A stretch of 63,106 nucleotides of DNA, counting the filler, from Octopus bimaculoides (Eukaryota), in the NCBI RefSeq assembly GCF_001194135.2. It is 5 parts of 5 records of this genome, joined end to end, with 100 filler letters (N's around TTAATTAATTAA, not from the genome) between each part and the next. Parts side by side here need not be neighbours in the genome. Positions count along the whole stretch, not along the records: positions 15,418 to 39,037 come from NC_069008.1; 4 more parts are not named here. One strand, given 5' to 3'. The notes below the pieces were generated by a model. That model ran no database searches. It saw nothing but the letters and a program-made list of their open reading frames with translations, and was not told the DNA's origin. A program made the position numbers and the translations under genes. Below are positions 26,510 through 38,300 of this stretch, piece after piece. The number at the start of each line of letters is the position of its first letter. The first letter of the stretch is position 1.

Positions 26510-27076
26510 AGAAAGCCTGTTGATTGTGGTGATTTGAACGACCGAGAATTCTTAGAATCGGTTTCGAATCTAGGCTTGTAGAAGGAAGAGTTAATTTTGA
26601 AAACCCAAAGTAAAAAATTATAATCCAAAGTGCTAACACGAAACCCTAACATTAGATGCTAACCCTCAGCTCTTAGCTTAAAACTTAAGATCCTAATTTT
26701 GTCCCTAAAATCTAAACTACAATACTGACCCTAATATGAAATCCTAAATCCAACCCCCAACGCCAGCCCTAATTTTTATGTGGAATCTTCATCTCCCATG
26801 ATTGAAACATACTTTTATAAAAAAAATATCCAGAACATTAAAATAGTTACCATACATAACTTTAAAATGAACCAGGACAAAAAAGTGAACAGTAATTGCA
26901 ATTTTGAAAAACCTTTTATTTGAATAATCGTAATGTCTGGTATTTAAAACATAGAAAGTGAAGAAGTATAAAGCTAGTAAATTATGTGGTGTAATTTATA
27001 TGAAACTTCATTCATTTAAGAATGAAATGTTGCAAACTTGTACCATTGTATCAATGTGGAGCATTTTATTTCCCGT

Positions 27077-27955
27077 CAGAGTGTAAGTATCTTGAGAGAA
27101 AAGCTGAACATCAGAAGCATCAGTTGTGGTGTGCAAGAGAGACGATTGCGCTGGTATGGACATGTGGTGAGAATAACTGCGTGAAAAAGTGCCACACCCT
27201 AACAGTTGAGGGAACCCGTGGAAGAGGTAGACCCAGGAAGACCTGGGCTGAGGTGGTGAGGCAAGACCTTCGTACATTGGGCCTCACTGAGGCGATGACT
27301 ACTGACCGAGACCTTTGGAGGTGTGCTGTGCGTGAGAAGACTCAGCAAGCCAAGTAAGATCTTTGCCAGTGCCCCTGGACTGGCTCTTGTGCGGGTGGCA
27401 CATAAGATGCACCATTTTGAGCGTGGCCGTTGCCAGTACCGCCTGACTGGCCTTCGTGCGGGTGACATGTAAAAGCACCTACTACACTCTCTGAGTGGTT
27501 GGCGTTAGGNNNNNNNNNNGAACCCGTGGAAGAGGTAGACCCAGGAAGACCTGGGCTGAGGTGGTGAGGCAAGACCTTCGTACATTGGGCCTCACTGAGG
27601 CGATGACTACTGACCGAGACCTTTGGAGGTGTGCTGTGCGTGAGAAGACTCAGCAAGCCAAGTAAGATCTTTGCCAGTGCCCCTGGACTGGCTCTTGTGC
27701 GGGTGGCACATAAGACACCATTTTGAGCGTGGCCATTGCCAGTATCGCCTGACTGGCCTTCGTGCGGGTGACATGTAAAAGCACCTACTACACTCTCTGA
27801 GTGGTTGGCGTTAGGAAGGGCATCCAGCTGTAGAAACTCTGCCAAATTTAGATTGGAGCCTGGTGTTGCCATCCGGTTTCACCAGTCTTCAGTCAAATCG
27901 TCCAACCCATGCTAGCATGGAAAGCGGACGTTAAACGATGATGATGATGATGAAT
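27077..27955 (+). mobile_element. 3' end of an RTE-clade LINE (ORF C-terminus, 3'UTR, (GAT)n tail); internal duplication across a 10-N gap
   Basis: LREKLNIRSISCGVQERRLRWYGHVVR then VEGTRGRGRPRKTWAEVVRQDL...DRDLWRCAVREK; ends ttaaacgatgatgatgatga. Confidence 0.88.
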
Positions 27956-28544
27956 AAGTGAGGATCTTCTCTTCGTTATGAGTTTGTGATGTGACACGCG
28001 ATGTGATTCCAGGTTGTTAAGGAACTCGCAGATATAATTTAGTTTCTATTGCATGCAAATTTAGAGTCTCCCTATACATACACAATATCAAAGCCATGCA
28101 ATAGCTTATTCACCACATTTTTACCCTGGTCACCATAAAATTTAATATACACAGAGAGAAGTTTGGTGGGAGAAAGAGGATTGAATATGTAAAAGAAGAG
28201 CATGTATATTTTTATATTTAATTTTACTACTTCATAAGTGAATAATATCAAACATCTACTTTATATAAATATGCAGATTAATTAGTTTGACAATCACACA
28301 CATTGACATGCAGTTGGTAAGCAAGCTGTTTACCACACTTCAACCGCTGCACCTATGTAGAAAATTCTGCAAAGAAACAAAGTGTTTAGTTAACTCCTTG
28401 TTACTGTTTTACTCTTCTTCAAATAGCATCACCAACAGGACATGTGCTGCATTTTATTATATATGTAAGATAATCTTATATAAGATATTACCGTCATGGA
28501 GAGAATTATGACACCGATACAATTACTCACTTGTAAGAAAACAT

Positions 28545-29129
28545 TACATGTGTAATCAATTGTCTTTTCGGGGGAATAATTTATCACAGTGATACAACTT
28601 CTCCCCTGTTTGAATATACTTATATATAGTTCGGTTGTCATTTTGAGAGAATGATTTATTATAGATTTCCCTCCTCTAGGAATGGATTTGTGTTTAATTG
28701 ATTGTTTAAAGTGAATGACTTCCAACAGATGTTACAATGATATGGCTGCTCTTCTGTATCAATGCATTTGTGTGTATTTAAGTTACCTTTCAGAGAAAAT
28801 GATTTACCAAAGACATCACAGTGATAAGGTTTCTCTCCTTTAACCCTTTAGTGTTCACATTATTCTGCCATAATTAATGCTTTTTTTATCCACATTGTTT
28901 TGAACTAATCATGCATTAACTTGTAGCTCTGAGGTTTTGATGAGGTAGCTGTTAATCTTTAAAATGTTATTGTAGGGTTGGTGTGAAAGACTAGATCTGG
29001 TCAGTTTGAACATAGAATAGGCAGAATACTTTTGGCTGGATATGGCCGGTTTAAATGCTAAAGGGTTAATAATATGTTTGTGCGTCACTAAGTGGTCATT
29101 TCAAGAGAATGATTTACCACAGATGTCAC
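28545..29129 (-). pseudogene. Fossil zinc fingers downstream of the ZNF-B stop, split by a MITE
   Basis: After the stop: [18 protein letters not shown]; beyond the MITE: [50 protein letters not shown]... and NKSFSQNDNRTIYKYIQTGEKLYHCDKLF, with frameshifts and stops. Confidence 0.85.
28844..29065. mobile_element. piggyBac-type MITE (222 bp)
   Basis: TTAA|CCCTTTAG ... CTAAAGGG|TTAA; TTAA duplication at 28840-28843 and 29066-29069. Confidence 0.85.
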
Positions 29130-30566
29130 TTAGGACTTCTCTCCTGTATGAATGCATTTGTGTTGAGCTAAGTGACCACTTTGAGAGAATGATTTATCAC
29201 AGATATCACAGTGATACGGTTTCTCTCCTGTATGAACAAGTTTGTGTCCAGTTAAGTGATCACTTCGAGAGAATGATTTACCACAGATATTGCAGTGATA
29301 TGGTTTCTCTCCTGTGTGTGTGTGTTTGTGTCTGGTTAACTGATGGCTTAGAGAGAATGATATACCACAGATATCACACCGACATGGCTTCTCTCCTGTA
29401 TGAACAAGTTTGTGCCTAGTTAAAGAAGAATTTCGAGAGAATGATTTACCACAGACATTGCAGCAATATAGCTTCTCACCTGTGTGATTGTATTTGTGTT
29501 GAGCTGCGCTACTTCCTTCAGAGAATGACTTATCACAGTGATATGGCTTCTCTCCTGTATGAATGCGTTTGTGCTTAGTTAAATGACCATTTCGAGTGAA
29601 TGATTTACCACAGATGTTACAGCAATATGGTTTTTCTTTTTTATGTATATGTTTGTGTGCAGTTAAGTTACGCGTTGTAGGAAATGAGTTACCACAGATG
29701 TCACAGTGATATGGCTTCTCTCCTGTATGAATGCGTACATGGTCAGTTAACCTGTAGCTTGTTGAGAATGATTTACCACAGACAGTACAGCGACAAGACT
29801 TCTCTCCTGTATGAACAGGTATGTGTCTAGCCAAGGCATCATTTAGAGAGAATGATTTACCACAGATATCACAGCGATATGGTTTCTCTCCTGTATGAGT
29901 GTATTTGTGTCTGGTTAAATGATTGCTTAGAGAGAATGATTTGCCACAGATATCACAATGATATGGCTTCTCTCCTGTATGAACAAGTTTGTGTCTAGTT
30001 AAGGACTCATTTCGAGAGAATGATTTACCACAGACATTGCAGTGATATAGCTTCTCTCCTGCGTAAGCACGTTTGTGTCTAGCTACATTACTTTCTTCGG
30101 ATAATTTTTCACTACAGATATCACTGTAATGGGACTCCTCTCCTGTATGGATGTACACATGTGTATTTAGAGTATCTTTTGAAGGGAATGATTTGCCACA
30201 GATATTGCAGTGATATGGCTTCTCACCTGTGTGAATGTATTTGTATTTAGTAATGCTATTTGCACCAGAGAATGATTTACTACAGATACCACAATGATAT
30301 GGCTTCTCTCCTGTATGAATGCACTGATGTTTAGTTAAATCATCACTTTGAGAGAATGATTTACCACAGATGTTACAGCTATATGGTTTTTCTTTTGTGT
30401 GTATACTTTTGTGAACAGTGAGTTTACTTTTTCGAGAGAATGGCATCTTACATATATCACAACAATATGACATTTTCTCTTCATCATTTGGCATTTTATC
30501 AAGAGAATCATTATTTTCAAACTCTGATTTACATTTAATATTCCCTTCACACAATTCATTTTCCAT
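29130..30566 (-). CDS. Tandem C2H2 zinc-finger protein (ZNF-B), 478 aa from first ATG, 16 finger units (13 canonical; fingers 3, 5, 12 degenerate)
   Basis: The supplied ORF starts at a TTG; the first ATG (MENELCEG) is at 30566. Repeated [16 protein letters not shown]; finger 3 H>Y, finger 5 C>S and H>Y, finger 12 lacks three residues including the second Cys; TAA at 29130-29132. Confidence 0.88.
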   Translation of the reverse strand: MENELCEGNIKCKSEFENNDSLDKMPNDEEKMSYCCDICKMPFSRKSKLTVHKSIHTKEKPYSCNICGKSFSQSDDLTKHQCIHTGEKPYHCGICSKSFSGANSITKYKYIHTGEKPYHCNICGKSFPSKDTLNTHVYIHTGEESHYSDICSEKLSEESNVARHKRAYAGEKLYHCNVCGKSFSRNESLTRHKLVHTGEKPYHCDICGKSFSLSNHLTRHKYTHTGEKPYRCDICGKSFSLNDALARHIPVHTGEKSCRCTVCGKSFSTSYRLTDHVRIHTGEKPYHCDICGNSFPTTRNLTAHKHIHKKEKPYCCNICGKSFTRNGHLTKHKRIHTGEKPYHCDKSFSEGSSAAQHKYNHTGEKLYCCNVCGKSFSRNSSLTRHKLVHTGEKPCRCDICGISFSLSHQLTRHKHTHTGEKPYHCNICGKSFSRSDHLTGHKLVHTGEKPYHCDICDKSFSQSGHLAQHKCIHTGEKS

Positions 30567-30928
30567 TATTTTCCTTCTTTTACCACAATATTCAGATGTT
30601 TTTCTTATGCTGAACCAAATTTTTTTTACTCTTAACAAATATTTATTCTCTTATATTTCCATTAATTTTGTCTCGGTCAATATCTGCAGATACCTCATAT
30701 TCCTTTGGAATCCAAGTTTAATTGCAATACCATCATCTTCAACATATTCCAGATAGAGAAGTAGAGACATTTTACTAATGCTCTCATTCAGAAGAAATAT
30801 TCCACAGTAATTCCATCAAGTGTTCACATATTCCGAGACTTTTTTCTTTAATCTTTCTCAAGATTGTAAATGTTGATTCTGAGCAATGAAGTACAAAGTC
30901 TTCTTTACTGCCAATGTCTTCTGGTTAT

Positions 30929-30948
30929 CTGAAATATAACAGAAACTG
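30929..30948 (-). other. Splice acceptor of the ZNF-B terminal exon
   Basis: minus strand gtttctgttatatttcAG|ataaccaga; similar distance upstream of the ATG as in the paralogues. Confidence 0.65.
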
Positions 30949-31138
30949 CGTCAACTGGAGAGGTTACATAGAAATTTCAGATTCAACAGTAGGGATTTAA
31001 CAATATTACTGCAATGATAAATTGAAATTTCCTTCACAATCTCATATTTTAATCAAACTGGAAGTAAAATTTAAGTATAACCAATGAAAGAAATGTCTTG
31101 GAGTTCTGTTTATACACTGCTGGAAGGTTGGACAATGT

Positions 31139-31365
31139 ATCATCATCATCATCATCGTCGTTTAACGTCCGCTTTCCATGCTAGCATGGGTTGGACGATT
31201 TGACTGAGGACTGATGAAACCGGATGGCAACACCAGGCTCCAATCTAATTTGGCAAAGTTTCTACAGCTGGATGCCCTTCCTAACGCCAACCACTCAGAG
31301 AGTGTAGTGGGTGCTTTTATGTGTCACCTGCACGAAGGCCAGTCAGGCGGTACTAGCAACGGCCG
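31139..31365 (-). mobile_element. RTE 3'UTR fragment
   Basis: Near-identical reverse complement of 27740-27955 including the (CAT)n tail. Confidence 0.85.
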
Positions 31366-31632
31366 GATTTTATACTAAGCACTATTATTAAGTATTGCAT
31401 GACTTCTGAAAATTCTATTTCTAAGAGCAGCAAAATTTTCTGCTCTTATAAGGTGTACAAACGTTGTTGTTGTTTTATAGCTATTGAAAATTAGTTGGTT
31501 GGAGAATAAGCCAGTTAGCATTAATGTTTAAAGGTTCATTTTATGTGTTATGTATTCTTTTGTTCTTTGTGGGATAATAAACAACTCACTGAAGGCATTG
31601 TTATGTTTCTACATGTTTACTTTATTTCACAT

Positions 31633-32018
31633 ACTCCTTTACTTGTTTCAGTCTTTTGACTGTGGCCATGCTGGAGCACCGCCTTTTAGTCGAGCAAATC
31701 GACCCCAGGACTTATTCTTTAGAAGCCTAGTACTTATTCTATCGGTCTCTTTTGCCGAACCGCTAAGTTACGGGGACATAAACACACCAGCATCGGTTGT
31801 CAAGCGATGTTGGGGGGACAAACACACACATACAAACATATATATATATATACATATATACGACGGGCTTCTTTCAGTTTCCGTCTACCAAATCCACTCA
31901 CAAGGCTTTGGTCGACCCGAGGCTATAGTAGAAGACACTTGCCTAAGATGCCGCGCAGTGGGACTGAACCCGGGACCATGTGGTTGGTAAGCTAGCTACT
32001 TACCACACAGCCACTCCT
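31633..32018 (-). mobile_element. Family-B SINE, full length, in the ZNF-B upstream intron
   Basis: Reverse-complement match to 9462-9876; other partial copies at 7515-7867(-), 16020-16316(+), 38478-38680(-), 39990-40100(-), 60190-60440(-). Confidence 0.85.
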
Positions 32019-32369
32019 ACAAACAGTGTCTATAGCGGAGTGATACACACTGTGCGTATCTGCCTTAAACACAGTTCATACTGCTTAGTAGATGCGCTTA
32101 ACAAAATAGTACTACTAGTGAAGATGTATTCATATATACGTATACCTACGCACGCACATAGATGTGAACATATAACATTATGTGATTGGGGCTGGGAATA
32201 ACATAAAAGTGTCAGCTACAAAACGAAGCATCTGTAATGGCTAAGAGCAAAGCGAGCCCACTGCTCCAAGAGATAAGAGGTTTGTCCTGTAGGAGTCACA
32301 CATTAATAAGAAAGAGACTAAAAAGTCCGTCTTGAGTATATATATCTCCCTGGCAGAAATGTTAAGTCG

Positions 32370-32428
32370 TAGGATCGACTAGTCACGACTCGCTAGCGCG
32401 GATGCGCGAGTTCGCGCACCGGGACCAA
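32370..32428 (-). mobile_element. Partial arm of the GGTACTACTAAAG element
   Basis: taggatcgactagtcacgactcgctagcgcggatgcgcg...gggacca, reverse complement of the arm sequence, terminal repeat missing. Confidence 0.7.
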
Positions 32429-32701
32429 AACAAAATATTCGTTAGTTTCCGTAAGTACTGCGTTTCATGTGTGTATGTAAAATCCGCAAATTTCCAACAT
32501 AGTTGACGTTTGGCCTCCTCAAGAGGCATGGTATAATTTGTTATAAAAATATCAGATCCAATTAGATGTTTTTTCATCTTTGCACTTTTGTTATTTAGTC
32601 TTATTAAGGGTTAAACAATTCTTTTAGTTGAGGGAAACAACCAGAAGTACGGATATTTCTCATAAAACTGGGGGGTGGGGCGGATAACCTAATTTTTTAA
32701 C

Positions 32702-32814
32702 GGTACTACTAAAGAAGAGTGGTCCCTAACTCGCACCCGCGCTAGCTAGTCGTGAGTAGTCGATCCTACAAGTGCGCGTATGCAAATTGAGGACCACTCT
32801 TCTTTAGTAGTACC
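32702..32814. mobile_element. Same palindromic element, short form
   Basis: GGTACTACTAAAGAAGAGTGGTCC ... GGACCACTCTTCTTTAGTAGTACC; ATGCAAAT at 32780-32787. Confidence 0.8.
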
Positions 32815-32934
32815 CCTTTATTCACCCCTTAGCTTGGTCTGAGGTCAGTGATTAAAAAGGTTTAAATAACAAACTACATCAACGTGCACAATGAATGAAT
32901 GTATGTTTTTATGTATGTACTTATATATGGAAGA

Positions 32935-33171
32935 GGTACTACTAAAGCAGCACGGTCGCGCGTCCGCGCTAGCTAGTTGTGAGTGGTCGATCCTAGCCCT
33001 GACCCTGTCACTAACTCTAACCCTAACCCTGTCCCTAACCCGCGTGTGCAAATGAATACGTGTTTAGGGTTAGGGATAGGGTTGGGGTTAGGATCGACCA
33101 CTCAAGACTGGCTGGCGCGGACACGCGACTGCTCGGCTGCGTGTTCGGGACCGTGCTGCTTTAGTAGTACC
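32935..33171. mobile_element. Palindromic MITE-like element, long form, with telomere-like internal repeats
   Basis: Terminal inverted repeats GGTACTACTAAAGCAGCACGGTC / GACCGTGCTGCTTTAGTAGTACC; internal (CCCTAA)-like 33011-33040 and (TTAGGG)-like 33063-33092. Confidence 0.8.
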
Positions 33172-33776
33172 GAATAAAGGTAAATTTATAGTTTCCGATA
33201 GCACCCTAAAAAAAAAAATTTTTTTTAAACGCAGGAAAATACTTTAGTACCGAAATTGAGTCTGGTGTGAAACTGTAATTTTACTGCAATAACAGCCGAC
33301 ATCAAGTCTTCTGAATTGGTGTTGTTCCACCAAATCTCTGTAATATCCATTATACGAGACACAAGGATGTCCATAAATTATATTTACAATTCACACACTT
33401 CCGAACTTGAAATTGTAAAGATAAATTATTCTTCCCCACAACGTTTTCAAGATAGACAGTTCATAGCGAGCATGCTGGAGGCGAGATTGGTTAAAAACAA
33501 ACGAAATACCATAATTATTACCAATTTTATTTAGTGTTATTAGCAGTCATTATACAAACTGCCTTTTATAAGTATGCAGATATACATAACATGCAACAGC
33601 CCACCCTGGGTATTCAGAAATATCAGATTAACATTTCAGTTTAGAAGTATTATCTCCTGAAAATAAAAGACGGAAACACGAGAAAGTAAATCTATTTCCC
33701 AATATTGTAATGTGCTTTCACTGTAACTACGAAGGTTTTCACATCAGCCCTTTTTGTAAAATTATTGTCCACTCAC

Positions 33777-34005
33777 CTCTTTCACGTGTAAACAACGCAT
33801 CATTTATATTGCGTTTCTAAGAAATCATCCAGTTTCAAGTTTGAACTTTGCCGAGGTTCTTTATCAACTTCGAAGTCAATTCTGGGCTCTGCTTCACTTT
33901 TTTCAGCCGTAAATTCGTATCTTCAAATTCTCATCTAGGATGAAATTCATCTGCCGCAGCAGACACCGCACACCGTCCGTGTCTGCCGTCGCTTCCGTTC
34001 CCCCT
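33777..34005 (-). promoter_or_regulatory. Candidate non-coding first exon / promoter of ZNF-B
   Basis: GAG|GTGAGT donor at 33776; CpG-rich patch 33950-34000 with ETS-like CGGAAG; NRF1-like tgcacatgcgta 34193-34204. Confidence 0.35.
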
Positions 34006-34326
34006 TTTTTTTTTTTCCAACAGAAACCAACGCTTTCGGCTACGGAGATTCCGAATCTGTAAAACAAATTGGCATTTCAAAGTTTGAATTCCCCGCCACG
34101 CCCTATCATTTCTACATATCCATTTTTTTCGTCGATTTATAGAAATTATAATGCCGGCTATCCAAAAGATATTATTAAACACTTTCGATCATTGCACATG
34201 CGTAGGGTTTTCCAACCCACGCATTAAATAGGCCTTCAAGCAGTCTCTCCACATACGAGAAATAACAACCAAATCTCCGACAAACTCTGCATACTTTGTA
34301 GGCATCTCTACAAGTGCGTGCCCCCT

Positions 34327-34529
34327 CGATGGAGCGCTGAAAAGTTCCTGGCTTGATAGGTATCACGAAGGGCCTCGTTGGCGGCCCAACCTGATGAGTT
34401 CTTTTACAGGACTTAGAAAAACTGAAGGACTGCTGCAATAAATAGGTGAATATGTTGAATAAAGTCATAATTAACTGACATTCCTGTATTTTCTTTTAAC
34501 CAAAGTCACAAACTTTGTGCACACATTCA
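34327..34529 (+). mobile_element. Mariner-derived MITE
   Basis: gcgctgaaaagttcctggctt ... degenerate aaagtcacaaactttgtgcac; residual GEYVE-stop transposase end. Confidence 0.6.
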
Positions 34530-34723
34530 CACATATATTTATATACATCAACACATGTGCATACATATACATATATGTAGGAATGTGTGCGTGTGCGTAC
34601 ATGTTTGTTTACCTTTCTAGGATTGAAGAAATCTGTAAAATATGTTATTCTTTACTTGGCAAAGGAAATAAAAATATTCTGAAAACAAAACAGTTCAGTA
34701 TTTGATTTCTTATGTATATATTT

Positions 34724-35039
34724 ATAGGATCGCGGTTTCGATTCCCAGACCGGGCGTTGTGAGTGTTTAAAGCTCCACAAGGTTCCTGCAGGGGATGGTG
34801 GCGAACCCTGCTGTACTCTTCCACCACAACTTTCTCTCACTTTTTCTTCCTGTTTCTGTTGTGCCTGTAATTCAAAGGGTAAGCCTTATCACGCTGAATA
34901 TCCCCGAGAACTACGTTAAGGGTACACGTGTCTGTGGAGTGCTCAGCCACTTGCACGTTAATTTCACGAGCAGGCTGTTCCGTTGATCGGATCAACTGGA
35001 ACCCTTGACGTCATAAGCGACGGAGTGCCAACAACAACA
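34724..35039 (+). mobile_element. Family-A SINE, 5'-truncated
   Basis: Matches body and tail of the other copies. Confidence 0.85.
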
Positions 35040-35393
35040 TATGTAACCTTAAATACAAATTTCTTATAGAGCCGTAAATGTACAGAGGACAGACAATGTA
35101 ATCTAGTATATGAGAGCAACTATCAACTTTGTATTTTATATCAGAGGTCCACAACCACCAGGCCACAACTGGTTCATGGATTATTTGCTACTGGGCTGCA
35201 GAGAAATAATTATTTCTTTGTAGCCCAGTTAATTATAATTAACTTGTTTCAAATTATATAGTAATTAAATTGAATATTGGACTTGAATTTTAAAAGATTT
35301 CTTTAAATATTCAATATTCATCTACTTAATACCATCTATCATAACAGTAAGTACATTTTGCAAATACTATACATTTTTATTTATTTGTAATAG

Positions 35394-35677
35394 AGATCGT
35401 TGCCAGTGCCCCTGGACTGGCTCCTGTGCAGGTGGCACGTAAAATACACCATTTCGAGCGTGGCTGTTGCCAGTACCGCCTGACTGGCCTTCGTGCGGGT
35501 GAGACGTAAAAGGACCCACTACACTCTCTGAGTGGTTGGCGTTAGGAAGGGCATCCAGCTGTAGAAACTCTGCCAAATCAGATTGGCGGCTAGTGTAGCC
35601 ATCTGGTTCATCAGTCAAATCGTCCAACCCATGCTAGCATGGAAAGCAGATGCTAAACGATGATGATGATGATGATG
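35394..35677 (+). mobile_element. RTE 3'UTR fragment
   Basis: Matches 27660-27955; ends in (GAT)n. Confidence 0.85.
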
Positions 35678-36644
35678 AGAATAAGTGCATTTAAATAGCT
35701 TGTGTATCGTCATTGAATAGAACAGAATGTGAATCAAGTTTTTTGCATCAGAAAACTCCAGCAGCCTTGTTCGCTTTTCATTTCTAGAACTAAAGCTGTA
35801 ACCTTCATGTACACCCTGGTCTCCATCCCATAACAGCCCAACATAACTGTAGCAAAAACCAACTCACCCACTTGCTTCGAGCATTTCGTGTTGTATGAAA
35901 TAATGAGATCCCTTAAAAAAGTGGGAAAACATAAGTTCAGGAAGGAGATCCAGCAATAAAACAAAGCCACAATAATATATACATTTAACCCAGCCTTCCA
36001 GCATGCCAACCCAGTCAAGCCATCCAACCCATGCCAGCATGGACAACAGATGTTAAATGATGACGATGAAGCATGGAAGAACAGACGCATAAAAAACAAA
36101 CATTAACACACACACAATATAATATATTATATTTTCCAGCATATTCCAAAGTAATTGATGTTTACGTTCTCCGAATATATTCTCTCCTTATACTAAGATA
36201 GGTTTCAACAGAGTTTCAAATCAAAATACTTGCAAAAGAAACTCAAAGCCTGAAAGAAATTACTTTTATTACGAACATCAGAGGTAAGTTATTACACCAA
36301 CAGAGAGACAGTTGTAGTGTGATAAAACAGAGTTGGAAGGCTGTTACGAAACACCACTGTATCTCCTTTTCAATGGAAAGACATACACAGTGGTTATAGA
36401 TGTGTTGATTTTTTTATTTTACATCAGAGGAATTTTTAGAGTAAAACGTTATACAGTAAGACACAAGTAAAGGGTTTGGCATCAACAAATGTCAAACAGC
36501 TGTAAAAGACAGCCCAAGAAAATGGGAGACACATTGAGTGAATTGGTTACTGGCATGGCTAAAAGGCACAAGGTTACCCTTACATTAAATGGTGCTTAAA
36601 ATGGTTGCCCTTGTTGCTATGTTTTGACATTGATGCAGTTGTAC

Positions 36645-37964
36645 TTATATATGGGTAGATACGTGTTTATTTAACTTACGACTTTCAGAAAAAGATTTAC
36701 CACAGATATCACAGTGATATGGTTTCTCCCCTGTATGAATACGTTTGTGCACAATTAAGTCACTACTTCGAGAGAATGATTTACCACAGATATCACAGAC
36801 ATACGGCTTTTCACCTGTATGGATACGTTTGTGAGAAGTTAAGGTTCTAGTTGTAGAGAATGATCTACTACAAATATCACAATGATATGGTTTTTCACCT
36901 GTGTGAATACGTTTGTGACAAGTTAAGTTATAACTTTGAGAGAATGATTTACCACAGATATCACAATGAAACGGCTTCTCTCCAGAATGAACACGTTTGT
37001 GCTTCGTAAAGTCACTACTTCCAGAGAATGATTTATCACAGATATCACAATGAAATGGCTTCTCCCCTGTATGACAACGAATGTGTCTAGTTAACGTACT
37101 AAATTTGTAAAATGATTTACCACAGATATCACAGAGATATTGCTTGTCACCTGTATGAAAACTTTTGTGCTCAACTAAGTAACTACTTACAGAGAATGAT
37201 TTATCACAGATATCACAATGATATGGCTTCACTCCAGTATGAACAAATTTGTGTCTAGTTAAGTCACTATTTGCAGAGAATGATTTACCACAGACATCAC
37301 AGTGAAATGGCTTCTCAGCAGCATGAATATGTTTGTGTCTGGTTAACTGACTACTTACAAAGAACGATTTACTGCAGATATCACAATGATATGCCTTCTC
37401 TCCTGTATGAGTACGCGTGTGTTTATTTAAGTTACTACTTGCAGAGAATGATTTACCACAGATATCACAACAATAAGGCTTCTCTCCTGAATGAATACGT
37501 TTGTGAGTAGTCAAGTGATAATTTCGAGAGAATGAGTTACCACAGATATCACAATGATGTGGTTTCTCCCCAGTATGAATACGTTTGTGTGAATTTAACA
37601 CAGTACTTTGAGAGAAGGATTTACCACAGATGTCACAGTGATATGGCTTCTCCCCAGTATGAATACGAATGTGCTTATTTAAGTCAATATTTTGAGAGAA
37701 GGATTTGCCACAGATATGACAGTGATATGGCTTCTCTCCTGTATGAATACGTATGTGCATTGTTAAGTTATTACTAACAGAGAATGATTTACCACAGATA
37801 TCACAACGATATGGCTTCTCACCAGTATGAAGACGTCTGTGTCTACTTAAGCTACTTCCCAGAGAGAAAGACTTTTCACAGATTTCACATTTATATGACC
37901 CTCCTCGTCTCTTTTTCATCACATCTCCTGGTAAAATCAAGTCAAGTTTTTCACTCTTTTCCAT
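36645..37964 (-). CDS. Tandem C2H2 zinc-finger protein (ZNF-C), 439 aa from first ATG, 15 intact fingers
   Basis: The supplied ORF starts at a TTG; the first ATG (MEKSEK) is at 37964. Fifteen complete C2H2 units with TGEKP-like linkers, no lesions; TAA at 36645-36647. Confidence 0.93.
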   Translation of the reverse strand: MEKSEKLDLILPGDVMKKRRGGSYKCEICEKSFSLGSSLSRHRRLHTGEKPYRCDICGKSFSVSNNLTMHIRIHTGEKPYHCHICGKSFSQNIDLNKHIRIHTGEKPYHCDICGKSFSQSTVLNSHKRIHTGEKPHHCDICGNSFSRNYHLTTHKRIHSGEKPYCCDICGKSFSASSNLNKHTRTHTGEKAYHCDICSKSFFVSSQLTRHKHIHAAEKPFHCDVCGKSFSANSDLTRHKFVHTGVKPYHCDICDKSFSVSSYLVEHKSFHTGDKQYLCDICGKSFYKFSTLTRHIRCHTGEKPFHCDICDKSFSGSSDFTKHKRVHSGEKPFHCDICGKSFSQSYNLTCHKRIHTGEKPYHCDICSRSFSTTRTLTSHKRIHTGEKPYVCDICGKSFSRSSDLIVHKRIHTGEKPYHCDICGKSFSESRKLNKHVSTHI

Positions 37965-38276
37965 TATTCTACTTCTCAAATCACAAAATCTATTTTTCTT
38001 GTTTTTGTTCTTATATTTTATTCCTTACAAATCTTTTTCAGTCCAGTTTTACCTTTGTCCAATAATTCTTTTGTAAATTTATCCAAGTTCAATCGGCATA
38101 GAAACTCCAGTCAGTGATGTATGAAAATTTTGTTAATAATCTCAGTTCAGAGAAAATATTTCACAGAAATCTACAAGATTTATAGAAACAGTGTTGTAAG
38201 TCAGTTTTGTATCTTATTTTCTTTTAGTCTTAAAAGATGATAAATATTGAGGATGTATCTTGAGTCATCTGATTTT

Positions 38277-38300
38277 CTGAAATAGTAAAGAAACAACAGT
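38277..38300 (-). other. Splice acceptor of the ZNF-C terminal exon
   Basis: minus strand gttgtttctttactatttcAG|aaaatcagatga. Confidence 0.7.

Noticed and set aside
27212-27810. Apparent tandem duplication or LTR-like repeat of the RTE end
   Set aside because: Near-identical copies abut a 10-N gap; most likely allelic contig overlap
33000-33092. Interstitial telomere or chromosome-fusion scar
   Set aside because: Repeats are short, degenerate and enclosed within the TIRs of a repeated element
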